A stretch of DNA of 39,948 nucleotides from an uncultured Bacteroidales bacterium. Its GTDB lineage: Bacteria; Bacteroidota; Bacteroidia; Bacteroidales; Muribaculaceae. Positions 8,276 to 17,403 of the stretch are shown piece by piece. The DNA is taken from positions 1 through 39,948 of the forward strand of contig CACWKM010000001.1 of assembly GCA_902761475.1 (NCBI GenBank), read 5' to 3'. The translations under genes and the position numbers were made by a program. The notes below the pieces were generated by a model. It had not been told where the DNA came from. It searched no databases and saw only the letters and a list, made by a program, of their open reading frames with translations. Position 1 is the stretch's first letter. Every line of letters begins with the position of its first letter.

Positions 8276-9979
8276 TTACCAGCCAGGATTCTGCTTGGTA
8301 GCCTTGCTGTTCTGAATCTGGTCGGTGGGGATGGGATAGAGATAGTACTTGCCATCGAATACACGAGCGGCCGAAGTGCCAATAGCATATCCGTCCTTGA
8401 GAGCCACCTCGCAGTTGGGCACAACGCTCAGGTTAGCACCGAGCATGATGTTGCCATGCTTGTTGCTGTCGAGCCTGTCGAGTTGGTGCCAGCGCAGCAA
8501 ATCCCAGTAGCGGAAGCCATCGGTCATGAGTTCGCAACGACGCGCGCGACGAATCTCCCACAACAGCGGGTCCACGCCGTAGGTGTTGGCGGGGTCGGGA
8601 GCGGGGCTCAGGGTGATGCCCGGCAGACCAGCGCGCACCTGCAATTTGTTCACCGAGTTGTCAAGGTCGCCTTGCGTGATGCCACCCAATTCTGCCTTAG
8701 CCTCAGCATAGTTCAGATAAATCACTGCCAGCCAGTATATTGGAGCATCGGTGTAGCCCGTGCCAATGTTGTTGCGGTAGTAGTTCTGAGTCTTTGCATC
8801 GCCCATTTGGTCGGTATCGTACTTGGCAATGGTATAGCCCGTAGAAGCCGTCATCTCGGCAAGGTCGGGATGGCGAGCATAGCCGTGGCCCTTGAATGCC
8901 AGCACATGGTCCACGAGCACGCCCAGACGCTTGTCGCGCACCGAGAGCATCTTCTCAATGCTGTAGTGGCCGTTAGCGTCGAGTTCGGGAGCATCACTGG
9001 TGCTCAAGGCGGTGCTCTTCAGGGGCTTGCCATCGAGGAACAAGAAGGCATCCACAGCGTCCTTGCTGATGCCGCGCTGAGCCGTCGAACCAGTGGTGTA
9101 GTCCACGGTGCTGTGGCCGAGCACGTCCTTCACATACTTGCGAATGACGATGGCCTCTTTGTTGCCCGACAGGTCAATCGAGTTGTAGATGGTGCCATAC
9201 TCGTCGTTGAGGGCATAGCCGGCGTTCATGAGCGCCTGGCTTGCGGCCACGCACTCTTGCAGATACTTTTGCACACGTGCCGGAGCGGGAGCCTTGCCAT
9301 TCTCGTTGGCGGTGCGATACTTGCAATAGGTGCCCTCAAAGAGGCAGATTTCGCTCTTGAGAGCCAGGGCCATATCCTTGCTCCAAACCACCTTATTGCT
9401 GTTGCCCAGATGGCCAATGGCATAGTCCAGGTCGGCAAGCACATTGTCCATGACCACGTCGCGGTCGGTGCGCTCGCCCTGCACAAGCGGGTCGTTAGGA
9501 TCGGCATTCATCACAACCTCTTCAAGCCATTGCACATCGCCATAGGCGCGCACAAGACGATAGTAGTGCAAAGCACGATTCAGCCTGCCAATCGCAGTGT
9601 ACTTTTCCTTGTCGGCAGTGGACAACGTCGATGTCTCCATACCCTTAATCAGGTAATTGGCACGACGAATCTCGGTGAAGTTGGAATTCCACGCCGTGGC
9701 CGTTTGAGGCACAGAGGTGAATGTCCAGTTATCAAAGTTGGGGTTCACCTGGTCATCGCCCAAACTCGAGAAGTAGAAATCACCACCAGAGCCGCTCTGT
9801 CCATAACCCGAGAATGCGGTGTTATAGAACATATTGCAATAGTTCTCCACCTCATACTGGTTGCTCCAGAACGATGGATTATTGATGAACTGATCGCGTG
9901 GTTCCTTGTCAAGCAGGTCGTTGCAACTGGTCAACGCCAGCAACATGACAGCGAACACATATAAATATGATTTTTTCAT
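8276..9979 (-). CDS. RagB/SusD family outer-membrane lipoprotein
   Basis: Lipobox LTSC, RALHYYRLVRAYGDV, YLNYAEAKAELG, EIRRARRCELMTDGFRYWDLLRW and C-terminal QNPGW. Confidence 0.95.
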   Translation of the reverse strand: MKKSYLYVFAVMLLALTSCNDLLDKEPRDQFINNPSFWSNQYEVENYCNMFYNTAFSGYGQSGSGGDFYFSSLGDDQVNPNFDNWTFTSVPQTATAWNSNFTEIRRANYLIKGMETSTLSTADKEKYTAIGRLNRALHYYRLVRAYGDVQWLEEVVMNADPNDPLVQGERTDRDVVMDNVLADLDYAIGHLGNSNKVVWSKDMALALKSEICLFEGTYCKYRTANENGKAPAPARVQKYLQECVAASQALMNAGYALNDEYGTIYNSIDLSGNKEAIVIRKYVKDVLGHSTVDYTTGSTAQRGISKDAVDAFLFLDGKPLKSTALSTSDAPELDANGHYSIEKMLSVRDKRLGVLVDHVLAFKGHGYARHPDLAEMTASTGYTIAKYDTDQMGDAKTQNYYRNNIGTGYTDAPIYWLAVIYLNYAEAKAELGGITQGDLDNSVNKLQVRAGLPGITLSPAPDPANTYGVDPLLWEIRRARRCELMTDGFRYWDLLRWHQLDRLDSNKHGNIMLGANLSVVPNCEVALKDGYAIGTSAARVFDGKYYLYPIPTDQIQNSKATKQNPGW

Positions 9980-10011
9980 AACGTATCAATCAATTGTTTA
10001 AATGGTTCATG

Positions 10012-13000
10012 TTAGAAAGTTACCTGCAGACCAATTGACCAGCTACGAGTGGTGGGGTAAGTACGTCCCCAAGTTCCGTAACCGAGGTTACCCTGGCCGG
10101 CATTCATCTCAGGATCAACAGGCACCTTGCCGCAACCATTGTGCAACAGAGCAAGGTTGTTCACACTTGCATAGAAACGCAAGTTCTGCACGTAGAACTT
10201 CTTGGTGATTTCAACAGGAAGCGTGTAGCCCAAAGTGATGTTCTTCAGGCGCAGATAACTCAAGTCAACGAGGTACTTGGTCTGAGGATAGTAGTTGTGG
10301 CAGCCACCCTCACCACTCAAACCGGTCACGTTGCCAGCATACTCATTGCCAGGATACAGGCAGGGGAAGTCGTTGCTCTCACTGATGTTCACGTTGTTGT
10401 GTGCGGGATCATAGACGTTGTATTTCGTCTGGTTGGCGAAGATTGCCAAGTCGGCCTCGCGCATCTCGGGGAACACAAATGCACTCTGCGTCCACATGCT
10501 GCGCTTGCCCACGCCCTGGAAGAACAGGTCAAGGTCGAAGCCCTTCCAACTGCCGCCCAGGTGGAAACTATACTCATAGCGAGGCAGGATGTTACCAATC
10601 ACCTTCAAGTCGCCATGGTCTTCCTCGGTACCCTTGCCGCCATCAATCTTGCCATCGCCGTTGAGGTCCTTGAACTTGATGTCGCCAGGGCCATAGACGA
10701 ACTGGTTGGTCTGGATGCCGGTTTGGTCGGCCACGCCAGGAGCATACACCCACGAACCGTCGGCATTGCGGCTGGTGAAATCGGCCTCGGTGAAGTAGCG
10801 GTCGGTCTCAAAGCCCCAGATGTCGCCCCAGTTCATGCCGGTATAGGCATAGCCCGTGTTGCCCGGGTGACCGATAATCTTGCTGTCGGTGTCCCACTTG
10901 GTGACCTTCACCTTCGAGTCGCCCATGCTGAAGTTTGCATACAGGCGCAGGTCCTTGTTGATTTGACGCTGCCAGCCCAGGGTGAACTCCCAGCCGCGAG
11001 CGCGCAAAGTACCATTGTTCATGTAGGGAGCAGCGGCACCCACACTGGGAGGAAGCGCAGCACCCGGAGCAAGCATGTCGCGCGTGTCGCGCTGGAACAA
11101 CTCACCCGTGAACGTGATTTCGCCATTCAAGAAACTCAAGTCAAGACCGAGGTTCATGGTGCGGATGCGCTCCCACGACAAACTCGACGACACCCAAGCA
11201 GGCATGCCAAATGCATTGAACAAGTTGCCCGAAGCGTCAAGATAATTGATCGTGTTCATGCCGATGGTCTCAAGGAACATGGCGTCGCCCACGGCTTCGT
11301 TACCAATCTCACCAAAGGAGAAACGCAACTTGGCGTTGTCCACGACGTCGCGAATCTTGTCCCAATACTTCTCTTGCGAGAAACGATAACCCACCGAGAA
11401 CGAGGGGAAGAATGCCCAACGGTCACGGCCTGGGAAACTCGACGAACCGTCGTAACGGCCATTGAGTTCGAGCAGATAGATACCCTTGTAGTCATAGTTG
11501 ATACGGCCGAAGTAGCCTGCCGTAGCATAGTCGCCACGCAGACGCGAAATCTGGCGGCCACTCGTGCTGCTGCCGATGCCCCATTGCGAACGGTCGCCAT
11601 AGGTGAGGTACAGTTCGGGATAGTCCATCGAGTACAAGCCACTGCGCTGAGCGCTAAAGAAGTTGTAACTGCGCTCCTCACCGGTGCCACCAATCATCAC
11701 CTTGAGGTTGTGAGCCTCGTTGAAGGTCTTGGCATACTCCAAGTAGGCGTTGATGGTCCAGGTGTTGGCCTTCTCGTTGCCACGGTAGGTGGCCGAACTG
11801 TTCTGGCCCACGATGTTGGTGGGCTTCGTGCCGCTCCAGTTCATACCGTAAATCTGGAAGTCGCTCCACTTGCGGTTCACGTTGTCAATCTGATAGGTGA
11901 AGTCGGCATTGAAGGTCAACTCCTTGGTGATATTGGCCTTCAAGAAGGCGTTCAAGCGAGTCTGGTCATGCGTGGTGACGCGGCGGTCGGCCTGCTTCTG
12001 CATGGCAATCACGCGGAAGTCGTCGCCGTTGATGGTACCGCTCGGGATGAAGAACGAGCCCCAACGCCACAGGTACTGATACATGTTGTTATAGGTCTCG
12101 GCACGGTCCATGTTGCGGCGAGTGAAGTTCAGGCGGGCACCCACAGTGAGCCAGTCGGTCAAATCGGTCGAGAAGTTCAACGCGGCGTTGTAGCGGGTGC
12201 GCTTGCCAGGTTTGAACTTCATCAGGTCTTCCTTGCCACTGTAGCCAAACGATGCATAGTAGGTCGATCTGGTGCTCGAGCCGCTCACGCTCACGTTGTG
12301 GCTCTGGGCAGGGGCTGCCTTTTGATACCAAATGTCCTGAATGTCGAAGTCGGCATAGTAGAACGGCTGGTTGCCCACAAAGCGATAGTCGCCCACGTTG
12401 TTGTCATCGACATAGGGGCGCATCTCGCCGTAGCCAATCTTGCCCGAGTTCTGCTCTTTCCACTTCTCGGCATAGGGCAGCAACTGGTCGAAGTACATAC
12501 CGAACAACTCCACGCTGGCACCCGGACTCTGACGCTCCTTGGCCAGCAAGGCAGCCTTGAGTTGAGTGGGCACATCGGGGAAGTCGGGGAGTTTCACGGC
12601 GCGGTCCCACGAGAAGTTGTTGCTGTACTTCACGCGCACACGCTCACCCTTGCGTCCTTGCTTGGTGGTGATGAGAATCACACCAAAGGCTGCACGGGTA
12701 CCGTAGATAGAAGCCGAAGCAGCATCCTTGAGCACACTGATGCTGGCGATGTCGTCGGCATTGACCATCGAGAGGTCCTCAACAGGCACACCGTCGATGA
12801 CCACGAGGGGGCTGCTCGACGCGCCGTTGCTCAGCGTACCCACGCCACGGATGGTGAGCACGGGGCTGTCGTCGAGGTTACCGCTCGAGTTCACGACGCT
12901 CAGGCCCGGCACAGCACCTTGCAGGGCCTTGGAGAGGTCTTGCTCGGGACGTGAGTTCACCGTCTTGTCCAGGTCCACGGTCGACACGGCACCGGTGAGG

Positions 13001-13380
13001 TTCACACGGCGCTGGGTACCATAACCCACGACCACGACCTCGTCGAGGAGGGCGTTGTCGGTGGCCAGCGTGACCTTCACGCCGTCAACGGCCTTCACCG
13101 TGGCGCTCTTGTGACCCACAAACGACACTTGCAGCCTGCTACCCGGGATGGCTCTCAACGAGAAACGTCCGTCCAGGTCGGTGGCCGTTCCGCGGTTCGT
13201 TCCAATCTCTTGGACACTGGCACCGATGATGGGTTCACCCTGCTCATCGACCACAGTGCCCGTCACAACGGCAGTTGCCTGCGACGAGGCCACCACCTGC
13301 GGGGCGGGAGAGGCTACGGCATAGCCACCCATCCCACATGCCAGAAAAAGTGCTCCTAATAGAGCGAGCTGTTTTTTCAT
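10012..13380 (-). CDS. SusC/RagA family TonB-dependent transporter
   Basis: N-terminal CarbopepD_reg domain, LDEVVVVGYGTQ, SISVLKDAASASIYGTRAAFGVILITTK plug signature, C-terminal LQVTF. Confidence 0.97.
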   Translation of the reverse strand: MKKQLALLGALFLACGMGGYAVASPAPQVVASSQATAVVTGTVVDEQGEPIIGASVQEIGTNRGTATDLDGRFSLRAIPGSRLQVSFVGHKSATVKAVDGVKVTLATDNALLDEVVVVGYGTQRRVNLTGAVSTVDLDKTVNSRPEQDLSKALQGAVPGLSVVNSSGNLDDSPVLTIRGVGTLSNGASSSPLVVIDGVPVEDLSMVNADDIASISVLKDAASASIYGTRAAFGVILITTKQGRKGERVRVKYSNNFSWDRAVKLPDFPDVPTQLKAALLAKERQSPGASVELFGMYFDQLLPYAEKWKEQNSGKIGYGEMRPYVDDNNVGDYRFVGNQPFYYADFDIQDIWYQKAAPAQSHNVSVSGSSTRSTYYASFGYSGKEDLMKFKPGKRTRYNAALNFSTDLTDWLTVGARLNFTRRNMDRAETYNNMYQYLWRWGSFFIPSGTINGDDFRVIAMQKQADRRVTTHDQTRLNAFLKANITKELTFNADFTYQIDNVNRKWSDFQIYGMNWSGTKPTNIVGQNSSATYRGNEKANTWTINAYLEYAKTFNEAHNLKVMIGGTGEERSYNFFSAQRSGLYSMDYPELYLTYGDRSQWGIGSSTSGRQISRLRGDYATAGYFGRINYDYKGIYLLELNGRYDGSSSFPGRDRWAFFPSFSVGYRFSQEKYWDKIRDVVDNAKLRFSFGEIGNEAVGDAMFLETIGMNTINYLDASGNLFNAFGMPAWVSSSLSWERIRTMNLGLDLSFLNGEITFTGELFQRDTRDMLAPGAALPPSVGAAAPYMNNGTLRARGWEFTLGWQRQINKDLRLYANFSMGDSKVKVTKWDTDSKIIGHPGNTGYAYTGMNWGDIWGFETDRYFTEADFTSRNADGSWVYAPGVADQTGIQTNQFVYGPGDIKFKDLNGDGKIDGGKGTEEDHGDLKVIGNILPRYEYSFHLGGSWKGFDLDLFFQGVGKRSMWTQSAFVFPEMREADLAIFANQTKYNVYDPAHNNVNISESNDFPCLYPGNEYAGNVTGLSGEGGCHNYYPQTKYLVDLSYLRLKNITLGYTLPVEITKKFYVQNLRFYASVNNLALLHNGCGKVPVDPEMNAGQGNLGYGTWGRTYPTTRSWSIGLQVTF

Positions 13381-13886
13381 AAGCTAGTCTGTTTTAAGTT
13401 AATAATATAAAAGGTTGTCTATCACTTCGTTAAACAAAAATTAACCAAAAATTTGTCTATTTATCATAAACACAATGATGGTTTTTTCACCGCAAAGTAG
13501 AGAATTTTCTTGCACATGACCAATTTATTTTGCAAAATATTTAGTTAAAAAACCTAAGTTTTTGTAAACAATGTCTAAAAGACCCGCCAACACCTTGCCG
13601 CACCCACCCCACAGACACCGCATAACGAATTGCCACACAATGGATTAAATGCCACCAATGCATAATTATTCTTATGCGAAACGCGCTATGGCGGACTCAT
13701 GGTCGACAACGACCGTCAAAAATGCCCAAAAGGCGCATTGCGCAACGTGTAGCGCAACCAAAAACGAGGAGAAACGCCACCACTTGCGCGATGCCGCGCG
13801 ATGCCCCATTTTCACCCCGCAACGCCATCGGGGAGAGGTCTTGAAAGAACAAAATGCAAAAAAAACCCAAAAAAAAACAACAAATA

Positions 13887-13918
13887 TTTGGTGGTTTTAA
13901 AAAAAATGAACAATTTTG
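13887..13918 (+). promoter_or_regulatory. Candidate promoter for second susC (TTTG-N20-CAATTTTG) with A8 tract in spacer
   Basis: TTTG 13887-13890, 20-bp spacer containing A8 (13899-13906), CAATTTTG 13911-13918 (one mismatch to TAnnTTTG). Confidence 0.45.
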
Positions 13919-13935
13919 TGCTTGAAAAAGCGATG

Positions 13936-13980
13936 AAATCATCGCCGTGGCGAGAAAAAACTCGCCATGGCATTGATTTT
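13936..13980 (+). promoter_or_regulatory. Long hairpin in the putative susC 5' leader
   Basis: GCCGTGGCGAG-A6-CTCGCCATGGC stem (13944-13971), extendable by AAATCA/TGATTT, followed by TTTT. Confidence 0.5.
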
Positions 13981-14134
13981 CAGCGAAAAACGATGGGGCA
14001 ACGCCCCCACCACACATATTAACACTTTGAGAAGAAAACCACTATCATGCCAAGCGTGGCAATCAACATTAACATAATAATAGATTTTATCACTTTTTTA
14101 ATTCACTAACAGTAACTCACAAAAAAATGTGCGT

Positions 14135-17100
14135 ATGAAAAAACAACTCTTATTGTTGGCAGCGCTAGCCATCGCATGTGGGGCACCAGCAGGAATGACA
14201 GGCAGTCACTCCAATTGGGGCATCACTGCCGCCGCGCAAACCAACAGTGACAAGGTTACCGGTGTTGTGAAGGACAGCAACGGCGAGCCGCTCATTGGTG
14301 TGTCGGTGAAAGTGAAGGGTACCACCCGTGGTACCGTAACCGATCTTGATGGTCGCTACTCCATCAAGGCACCGAGCACAGCAACGCTTGTATTCTCCTA
14401 CGTGGGCTACAATGCCGTTGAGCTCCCTGCCGCACAGGCAGCACGCGTGACGCTGACCAACAACGAGCATGAACTCGAAGAGGTGGTGATCACGGGTGAG
14501 TTCGGTATGAAACGTGTGGCTCGCGCCGTGGGTTCCAGTGCCCAGAACGTGAAGGCCAGCGACATTACCGAGTCGGGACGTACCGACTTCATCACCGCCC
14601 TGCAGGGTCGTGTGAGCGGTATGACCGTGACCAACACCAGCGGTGCCCCGGGTGCCTCCACGCAGGTGATTCTGCGTAGCGCCACCTCTATCTCGGGCAA
14701 CAACCAGCCGCTCTACATCGTGGACGGTATCCCCATGAACAACTCGACGTTCAACGGTGGCAACAGTTTCGCCATCGCCGACGCCGTGAGTGTGCGTGAC
14801 GGTGACTTCTCCTCGCGTGGTAACGACTTCAACCCCGAGGACATCGAGAGCATGACCGTGCTGAAAGGCGCTGCCGCAGCAGCACTCTACGGCTCGGATG
14901 CTTCTAACGGTGCTATCATCATCACCACCAAGAAGGGCTCGCGCGGACACGCCAAGATCACCTACAGCAACCAACTGTCGTGGTCCAAGGCTTATGGCTG
15001 GCCCAAGATTCAGAACAAGTACACCAACGGTGCCTATGGTGCAACCAACTACTACTACACCAAGGCTTATGGTGGCCTGTACGACGGCCTGATCGACACC
15101 TACGACAACACCGCGGCAATCCTGCAAACCGGTTTCATGCACCGCCACAACGTGAGCGTGCAGGCTGGTAACGACAGAATGAGCATCCGTGGTTCGGCTT
15201 CGTTTACCGACCAAGACGGTGTGATCAAGACCACCAACCTCAAGCGTCAGAACATCTCGCTGGCCGGCCGCGCCGAACTCAGCAAGTATGTCAGTTTTGA
15301 GGGTTCGATGCAGTATGTGCACCAGAGCAACGTCAAGGCTCAGCGCTTCCAGTCGGGACCGCTCTATCGCAGTTACCGCTGGCCCAATGTGGACGACATG
15401 TCGAACTACATGGACCCCGACGGCGTGCACATGCGCTATCCTAACTACTACACCGACACCGACCTGTTGAACCCGCTGTTCGCTCTCTACAAGAACAAGA
15501 ACAACGACAAGACCGATCGTTTCATCACTGCCATGTCGCTCAACATCACCCCCATCGAGCACACCTACATCAAGGGACAGTTTGGTTGGGACGTGAGCAC
15601 CTCGCAGTATGAGTATGCTACTCACCCCTACTATCGCAGCAGCAACATCGGCTCGATCAACGGTGGTTCCTACAACTTGGCTAAGTACAACACCAACGAC
15701 CCGACCATCAACATCCTCGCAGGCTACAACAACACCTTCAACGAGAAGTACACCCTGGGCGTGCAAGTGGGTTACCACCAGCGCGAGAACGGTGTGACGT
15801 CGATGTCGACCTACGGTGAGAACTTCCAGGTGATCGACTTCTACTCGATCAACAACTGCTTGCCCTCGACCGTGGTGGCCAAGAAGAAAACTACCAAGCG
15901 CCGTCTGCAAGGTATCTCGGGTGCGTTGGAGTTGGGTTATGCCAACATGCTGTTCGCCAACTTCCGCTTCCGTAACGACTGGTCGTCGACCCTTCCCAAG
16001 AACAACAACCACTTCTTCTATCCTTCGGTAGAGTTGTCGTGGGTTGTTACCGAACTTCCTGCTCTGAAGAACCTTGGTTGGCTCAACTACTTGAAGATTC
16101 GCGGTGCATTTGCCCAGGTAGGTAAGGACGCTCCGGCTCTGTCTATCGACCCCGAACTCGAGGCAACCGAGCAGACCGGTGGTGGCTACCGCTACGGCTA
16201 CACTGGCCCCAACAAGGCCCTCAAGCCTGAGATGAACACCTCGTGGGAGGTCGGTTTCGAGGCCCGCTTGTGGGACAACCGCGTTAACGCCGACTTCACT
16301 TGGTTCCACACCCACTGCGCCGACCAGATTGTGGAAGGCTTCCGCCTGAGTTACGCTACCGGTTTCGTGCTGAACAACCTCAACGTGGGTACGTTCAACA
16401 CCTGGGGCTGGGAGGCTCACGTGGATGCCGACCTGGTGAAGGCTGGCGACTTCACGTGGAACTTGGGCATCAACGCTTCGCACACCAAGTCGAAAGTGGT
16501 CTATCTGCCCGAGAACGTGAGCGAGTACTACAACGCTTACACCTGGAACTCCGGTAACATCCGTAATGGTATCATGGTTGGCGAGCCCATCACCTCTCTC
16601 ACCGGTCGCGGCTATCTGCGCAACGACAAGGGCGAGGTGCTGCTGAACCCCACCACGGGTATGCCCATCATCGACAGCAAGTGGAAAGTGCTTGGCGACC
16701 GCGAGCCGTGGTTGCGCTATGGTATCACCACTTCGCTCTCCTACAAGGGCTTCCGTCTGAGCGCCATGTTCAGTGGCCGCTTCAACGCTACGATGGTCAA
16801 CGGTACCAGCCGCGCTATGGTGGCCGACGGTTTCGACGAACTGTCAATCCGCATGCGTGAGGGTGGCGACAACCAGTTCTTCGGCGTGTATCAGGATGGT
16901 CACGAGAACCCCACTTACTACACCCAGCGCGACGCCTATCTGGGCAACATCCCCAATGGCTACAAGGTGGGCGACGAGGTTCCCGGCAGTTACAATCCTA
17001 ACTACAGCACCAGTTCGGTTACCCCGATGGCAGGCAGTTACTACCTGTACTGGATGAACAACTACGACGAGCCTTGGGTGCAGAAGCACATCCACTATCT

Positions 17101-17353
17101 GCGCTGCCAGGAACTCCGTCTGAGCTACAACGTGCCCAGCGCATGGCTCAAGAAGACCACTCGCGGACTCGTGCAGAACGCTTTGATCTACGTGGCAGGC
17201 AACGACCTGTTCACGCTCACTAACTACCAGGGCTACGACGTGGTGGGCAACTCGCTGAGTGCCGCCGCAGGTGGTGTCGGTGGTGAAGGTATCGACTGCT
17301 GGTCGCTCCCCAGCCCCCGCACCTATAGTTTGGGTCTGAGTGTGACATTCTAA
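14135..17353 (+). CDS. SusC/RagA family TonB-dependent transporter
   Basis: Signal peptide MKKQLLLL (ATG 14135; track start GTG 14129), NQPLYIVDG, DIESMTVLKGAAAAALYGSDASNGAIIITTK, C-terminal LSVTF. Confidence 0.97.
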   Translation: MKKQLLLLAALAIACGAPAGMTGSHSNWGITAAAQTNSDKVTGVVKDSNGEPLIGVSVKVKGTTRGTVTDLDGRYSIKAPSTATLVFSYVGYNAVELPAAQAARVTLTNNEHELEEVVITGEFGMKRVARAVGSSAQNVKASDITESGRTDFITALQGRVSGMTVTNTSGAPGASTQVILRSATSISGNNQPLYIVDGIPMNNSTFNGGNSFAIADAVSVRDGDFSSRGNDFNPEDIESMTVLKGAAAAALYGSDASNGAIIITTKKGSRGHAKITYSNQLSWSKAYGWPKIQNKYTNGAYGATNYYYTKAYGGLYDGLIDTYDNTAAILQTGFMHRHNVSVQAGNDRMSIRGSASFTDQDGVIKTTNLKRQNISLAGRAELSKYVSFEGSMQYVHQSNVKAQRFQSGPLYRSYRWPNVDDMSNYMDPDGVHMRYPNYYTDTDLLNPLFALYKNKNNDKTDRFITAMSLNITPIEHTYIKGQFGWDVSTSQYEYATHPYYRSSNIGSINGGSYNLAKYNTNDPTINILAGYNNTFNEKYTLGVQVGYHQRENGVTSMSTYGENFQVIDFYSINNCLPSTVVAKKKTTKRRLQGISGALELGYANMLFANFRFRNDWSSTLPKNNNHFFYPSVELSWVVTELPALKNLGWLNYLKIRGAFAQVGKDAPALSIDPELEATEQTGGGYRYGYTGPNKALKPEMNTSWEVGFEARLWDNRVNADFTWFHTHCADQIVEGFRLSYATGFVLNNLNVGTFNTWGWEAHVDADLVKAGDFTWNLGINASHTKSKVVYLPENVSEYYNAYTWNSGNIRNGIMVGEPITSLTGRGYLRNDKGEVLLNPTTGMPIIDSKWKVLGDREPWLRYGITTSLSYKGFRLSAMFSGRFNATMVNGTSRAMVADGFDELSIRMREGGDNQFFGVYQDGHENPTYYTQRDAYLGNIPNGYKVGDEVPGSYNPNYSTSSVTPMAGSYYLYWMNNYDEPWVQKHIHYLRCQELRLSYNVPSAWLKKTTRGLVQNALIYVAGNDLFTLTNYQGYDVVGNSLSAAAGGVGGEGIDCWSLPSPRTYSLGLSVTF

Positions 17354-17403
17354 TGAGCGAATGTTTGTAACTTATATATATAATAAGGAATAAGAGAACA
17401 ACT

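Noticed and set aside
13786-13805. 10-bp tandem GCGCGATGCC x2
   Set aside because: Two short copies only; no evident function.
13649-14022. Small ORFs in the susC intergenic region
   Set aside because: Low-complexity K/N or F-rich translations of A/T tracts; no coding signature.
13381-14134. Invertible promoter between the divergent susC genes
   Set aside because: I found no pair of long inverted repeats bracketing a promoter, and no invertase nearby.
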